Shown here one piece after another: positions 60,700 through 64,000 of a stretch of DNA of 64,000 bases. The stretch's first letter is position 1; every line of letters begins with the position of its first letter. The notes below the pieces were generated by a model, which was not told the origin of the DNA, searched no databases, and worked only from the letters and a program-made list of their open reading frames with translations. The translations under genes were made by a program, and so were the position numbers. Origin of the DNA: Lama guanicoe (lineage: Eukaryota); the NCBI GenBank assembly GCA_013239625.1, contig MU054187.1, positions 2,427,757-2,491,756 of the forward strand. The letters are read 5' to 3'.

Positions 60700-61720
60700 A
60701 TTTTTCTGTCACAAAAAAGGAAGGAGGCTCCCGCGGGGGGGGTGGGGGGCCGGGGAAAGTAAGTTTGAAACGCTCTCGCACAAGTCAGCTAGGAACAGCA
60801 CCTCCGACCGGAAAAGACACCAAGCCTCCAACTTCTTTAACAGAGGACAGAGGTGCGAGGCGAGAAAACCAAGTCGCTCTCCTGCGGACCCGAGACTTCC
60901 CGCGTCCACAGACGAGACGGACACACGCTCCAAAGCCACCTCGGGTTGGGGCGCGTCTCCACCGGCGCGGGGGCTGGGGTGGGGGCCCCGGCGGGGTGAG
61001 GGGTCGGGGTGANNNNNNNNNNNNNNNNNNNNNNNNNNNNNNNNNNNNNNNNNNNNNNNNNNNNNNNNNNNNNNNNNNNNNNNNNNNNNNNNNNNNNNNN
61101 NNNNNNNNNNNNNNNNNNNNNNNNNNNNNNNNNNNNNNNNNNNNNNNNNNNNNNNNNNNNNNNNNNNNNNNNNNNNNNNNNNNNNNNNNNNNNNNNNNNN
61201 NNNNNNNNNNNNNNNNNNNNNNNNNNNNNNNNNNNNNNNNNNNNNNNNNNNNNNNNNNNNNNNNNNNNNNNNNNNNNNNNNNNNNNNNNNNNNNNNNNNN
61301 NNNNNNNNNNNNNNNNNNNNNNNNNNNNNNNNNNNNNNNNNNNNNNNNNNNNNNNNNNNNNNNNNNNNNNNNNNNNNNNNNNNNNNNNNNNNNNNNNNNN
61401 NNNNNNNNNNNNNNNNNNNNNNNNNNNNNNNNNNNNNNNNNNNNNNNNNNNNNNNNNNNNNNNNNNNNGGGTCCCGGGGGGCGGCCTCTTTTCCGCCCTC
61501 GGGAGCCCGCGGTGGGGGGATGGGCCCCGAGGCCGCTCACCCCCGGCCCGGTGCTCCCTGTTTCCGGAGCGGGAGGCACTGGACTTGCGGTCGGGGGAGC
61601 TTATGCCGTATTTCCACGTGGGGCTGCACCTGTACGTAGTCTGGCGGGGGTCCACTCCCCTTCCCCTTTAAAGTTCAATTGCAGAGGGAAACGCGCAGTT
61701 GTCGCCGTTTCCGCAGAGTA
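60700..61720 (-). promoter_or_regulatory. LYPLA1: LYPLA1 CpG-island promoter (partly unsequenced)
   Basis: CpG/GC-rich sequence on both sides of the N gap, upstream of exon 2. Confidence 0.8.
61013..61468. other. Assembly gap (456 N), probably containing LYPLA1 exon 1
   Basis: Run of N; the N-terminal MCGNNMS-type exon is not found elsewhere in the window. Confidence 0.9.
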
Positions 61721-61876
61721 CTGACTGACGGGTATTGACAGAACACTGATTTAGGCGGCAGACTACTGACCCCTTTTCGGACAGAGGTGGCTGGATGCCG
61801 ATCAAATACACGGTAGGATCTGGGAGGGGCGGAGATGGAAACAGCCAGAATTCTCAGACCTCTGGAAGGCTGCAGT

Positions 61877-62349
61877 TGTCTCCCAGGAAAAATGCACAAC
61901 GTGAGAGCTTTGAGCTCCCTTTTCTTTGCGGACTTACTGAGGAGTAAGCATGGGGGGCCCTCAGATAGTAGCTCCGAAGAACTGCTCTGAAAAGGAGGGG
62001 GGGTGGGGGCGGTCAGTATAGACATGGTTGTGGGAAGAGTGTGCGGGCAGTTAAGCACACACCTCAGCAGAAGGTGCTGCTAGTCACAAGCAGCAGGTGT
62101 CTAGTTACCGGTTTCAGCTCTTTTCTAAGTACGGGAAGATGCAAGAGTTTGGGTTCATAAAATGTTTCTCCTGAAAGTGTCTAACTATCTGAAGTCCTGT
62201 TCTGACAGTTTTCCCAGAGCACAGAGTGCGTCATTCCAGCTCTCCACCCCAAACTCGTTTCAGGGTGTTTGAAGGTCGGTTGGCGACTGCAGTGGCTAGT
62301 GATTTCATTCTTGTAGAATCAGATGGCAAACAAGGTTTTAATTGTCACA
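61877..62349 (-). mobile_element. ERV1 solo LTR (resembles cetartiodactyl MER41-like LTR)
   Basis: TG...CA ends; aaaaatgcacaac...gcggacttactgagga...ctcagatag...gggaagatgcaagagtttggg...ttcagggtgt; family and orientation from recall. Confidence 0.6.
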
Positions 62350-62383
62350 ATTCAGTGGAGAAATGTAAAAGGTATACACAGTC

Positions 62384-62820
62384 TGTTAAAAGAGACACAA
62401 CAGGCCACGAATGGAGGCCCTTGTGCTCAGCCCACATCGTCACCAAACTGCAACTCACTACCGAACCTTATTCCCCCTTCAATCTCTGCCAGGAATATAA
62501 TCTTACAGTCAGTCTGGAATTTCCTGGTCAGCACTAGTGAGGTCATCAGCCTGCGACCCCTTCCATCCCCAAAGAAAAATGAGGTAATCTGCTCTTTCCT
62601 TATTCCCACCCTCTCTCTGCCTTTAAGTCTTCCACTCGTACAGCTCCTCAGAGCTCCTTTCTCCTTGTTGAGTGGGATGCCAACTGAGTTATGAATTACT
62701 GAATAAAGCAAGTTAGATTTAAAAAAATTTTTTTGAATTTAAATTTAATTTCTTATTGAAGCATAGTTGATTTACCAATTACATTTTTTAATTCACTCCG
62801 TTGAATTTTGTTTTTTAACA
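62384..62820 (+). mobile_element. ERV1-like solo LTR with a small L1 tail inserted
   Basis: TGTTAAAA...TTTTAACA ends; AATAAA at 62702-62707. Confidence 0.5.
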
Positions 62821-63769
62821 ATCCTTGTGGAGCCCAGTGTAAGATCAGGAAGGAAGCTAGTGAACAAAGATCCTTTAAAAACCCACTTTAATTCACATAA
62901 CTAGAATGCTGAAGGTAGGTGGTCTTATTTGTACCTTTTTTTTTCCCACCATTCTTGTCCTGAATGTGAGTGCTGAGAATTTTGTGGACTCTCAACAATG
63001 TTAAATTAATGCTGAATTATGAAAATCAGAGTAATGTGACTCACGTTTCACATACAAGTGTACATTTGTGTCAGGTTTTTAAGTATTTGGTTGTGCTGTT
63101 AATAGAAAAAAAACTATCTTTAGCTCTTACTGTGAACACACACTTTCCAAATCACTAGCATGTGGATTTTTCTAGGCTGTACCATGCAGAGTTCTACCAC
63201 TGGGGTTCCGTCCTCTTTTAGCAAGGAGGACAGCTCCTCTGGTGTATCTCAGTCACCCTCTCCTCCCTCCTAATCTAAATGCTACCTTTCCTGCAAGGTT
63301 CATGCAAGCCCTACATCCTCTAAGGAACCTTAGTGTTCTAATTAATTGATCTCTCTCTTCCCTGGGCGAGGGAATAAAATAATCATAATAATTGAAAAAA
63401 AGACAAAATTATCATTATTTTTAGATGATGATGGTACAAAGGAAAAATTTAACAAAAGCAATTTTAAAATTACTAACCAAAAATTCAGCAATATAGCCAA
63501 TCACACAATTTGTAAATAAATATACAAAAATGAATGGTTTTTCTAGCTACAGATAATAGCTGGTTAGAATATCTGATGGAAGAAAAAATATTCACAATTA
63601 AAGTTTTAAAATATATATCTAGGCAAAACTTAACAAGAATGTACCAGACCTATATCAGGAAAAGTATAAAGCTCCCAAGGACCAGAAAAGACAAATAATT
63701 GAATAGGATGATGCAATTTTTTAAGGTTATCAATTTGCTCAGAATCAATCTACCAATACTCCCAATTAA

Positions 63770-63912
63770 GGAGGGGAGAGCATAGCTCAGTGGTAGAGCG
63801 CATGCTTAGCATGCACCAAGTCCTGGGTTCAATCCCAAGTTCCTCTGTTAAAAAACAAAAATTAAATAAATAAACCTAATTAGCTTCACCCCCCCCAAAA
63901 TAAAAAATAAAT
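63770..63912 (+). mobile_element. tRNA-derived SINE (Vic-1-like)
   Basis: GGGGAGAGCATAGCTCAGTGGTAGAGCGCATGCTTAGCATGCAC...GGTTCAATCCC; TSD-like atactc(c/t)caattaa on both sides. Confidence 0.88.
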
Positions 63913-64000
63913 ATACTCTCAATTAAAAGCCCAGTAACTTACACTTTAATAAAAATTATTTTTAATATCCCAATAAGATTTTAAAATTTTATCAAATAGT

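Noticed and set aside
60765..61724. ORFs of 220-319 aa
   Set aside because: Artifacts of translating through the N gap.
63770..63850. tRNA gene (also at 16011, 28129, 44340)
   Set aside because: A and B boxes are present, but A-rich tails, TSD-like flanks and divergence among copies identify them as SINEs.

Overview
Mammalian genomic DNA, not prokaryotic. A tRNA-derived SINE resembling camelid Vic-1 and artiodactyl-type L1 3' ends suggest a camelid. The window holds two tandem minus-strand housekeeping genes. TCEA1 (TFIIS) is complete: 10 coding exons, 906 nt, 301 aa, with a U12-type AT-AC intron 6. LYPLA1 (acyl-protein thioesterase 1) has exons 2-9 visible; exon 1 most likely lies in the N gap at 61013-61468. 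The rest is introns, two CpG-island promoters and many old repeats (L1, MIR, MaLR/ERV1 LTRs, DNA transposons, SINEs). I see no convincing novel biological system. The best leads are: a TSD-flanked retroposed mRNA 3' end; phase-compatible LYPLA1-TCEA1 read-through across a short intergenic gap; patchy GC-biased substitution affecting TCEA1 exons and old repeats; a candidate alternative TCEA1 last exon; unusual residues next to the LYPLA1 catalytic Asp; co-oriented solo LTRs upstream of both promoters; and two local tandem duplications. Repeat family names and comparisons with human proteins are from recall, not from searches.
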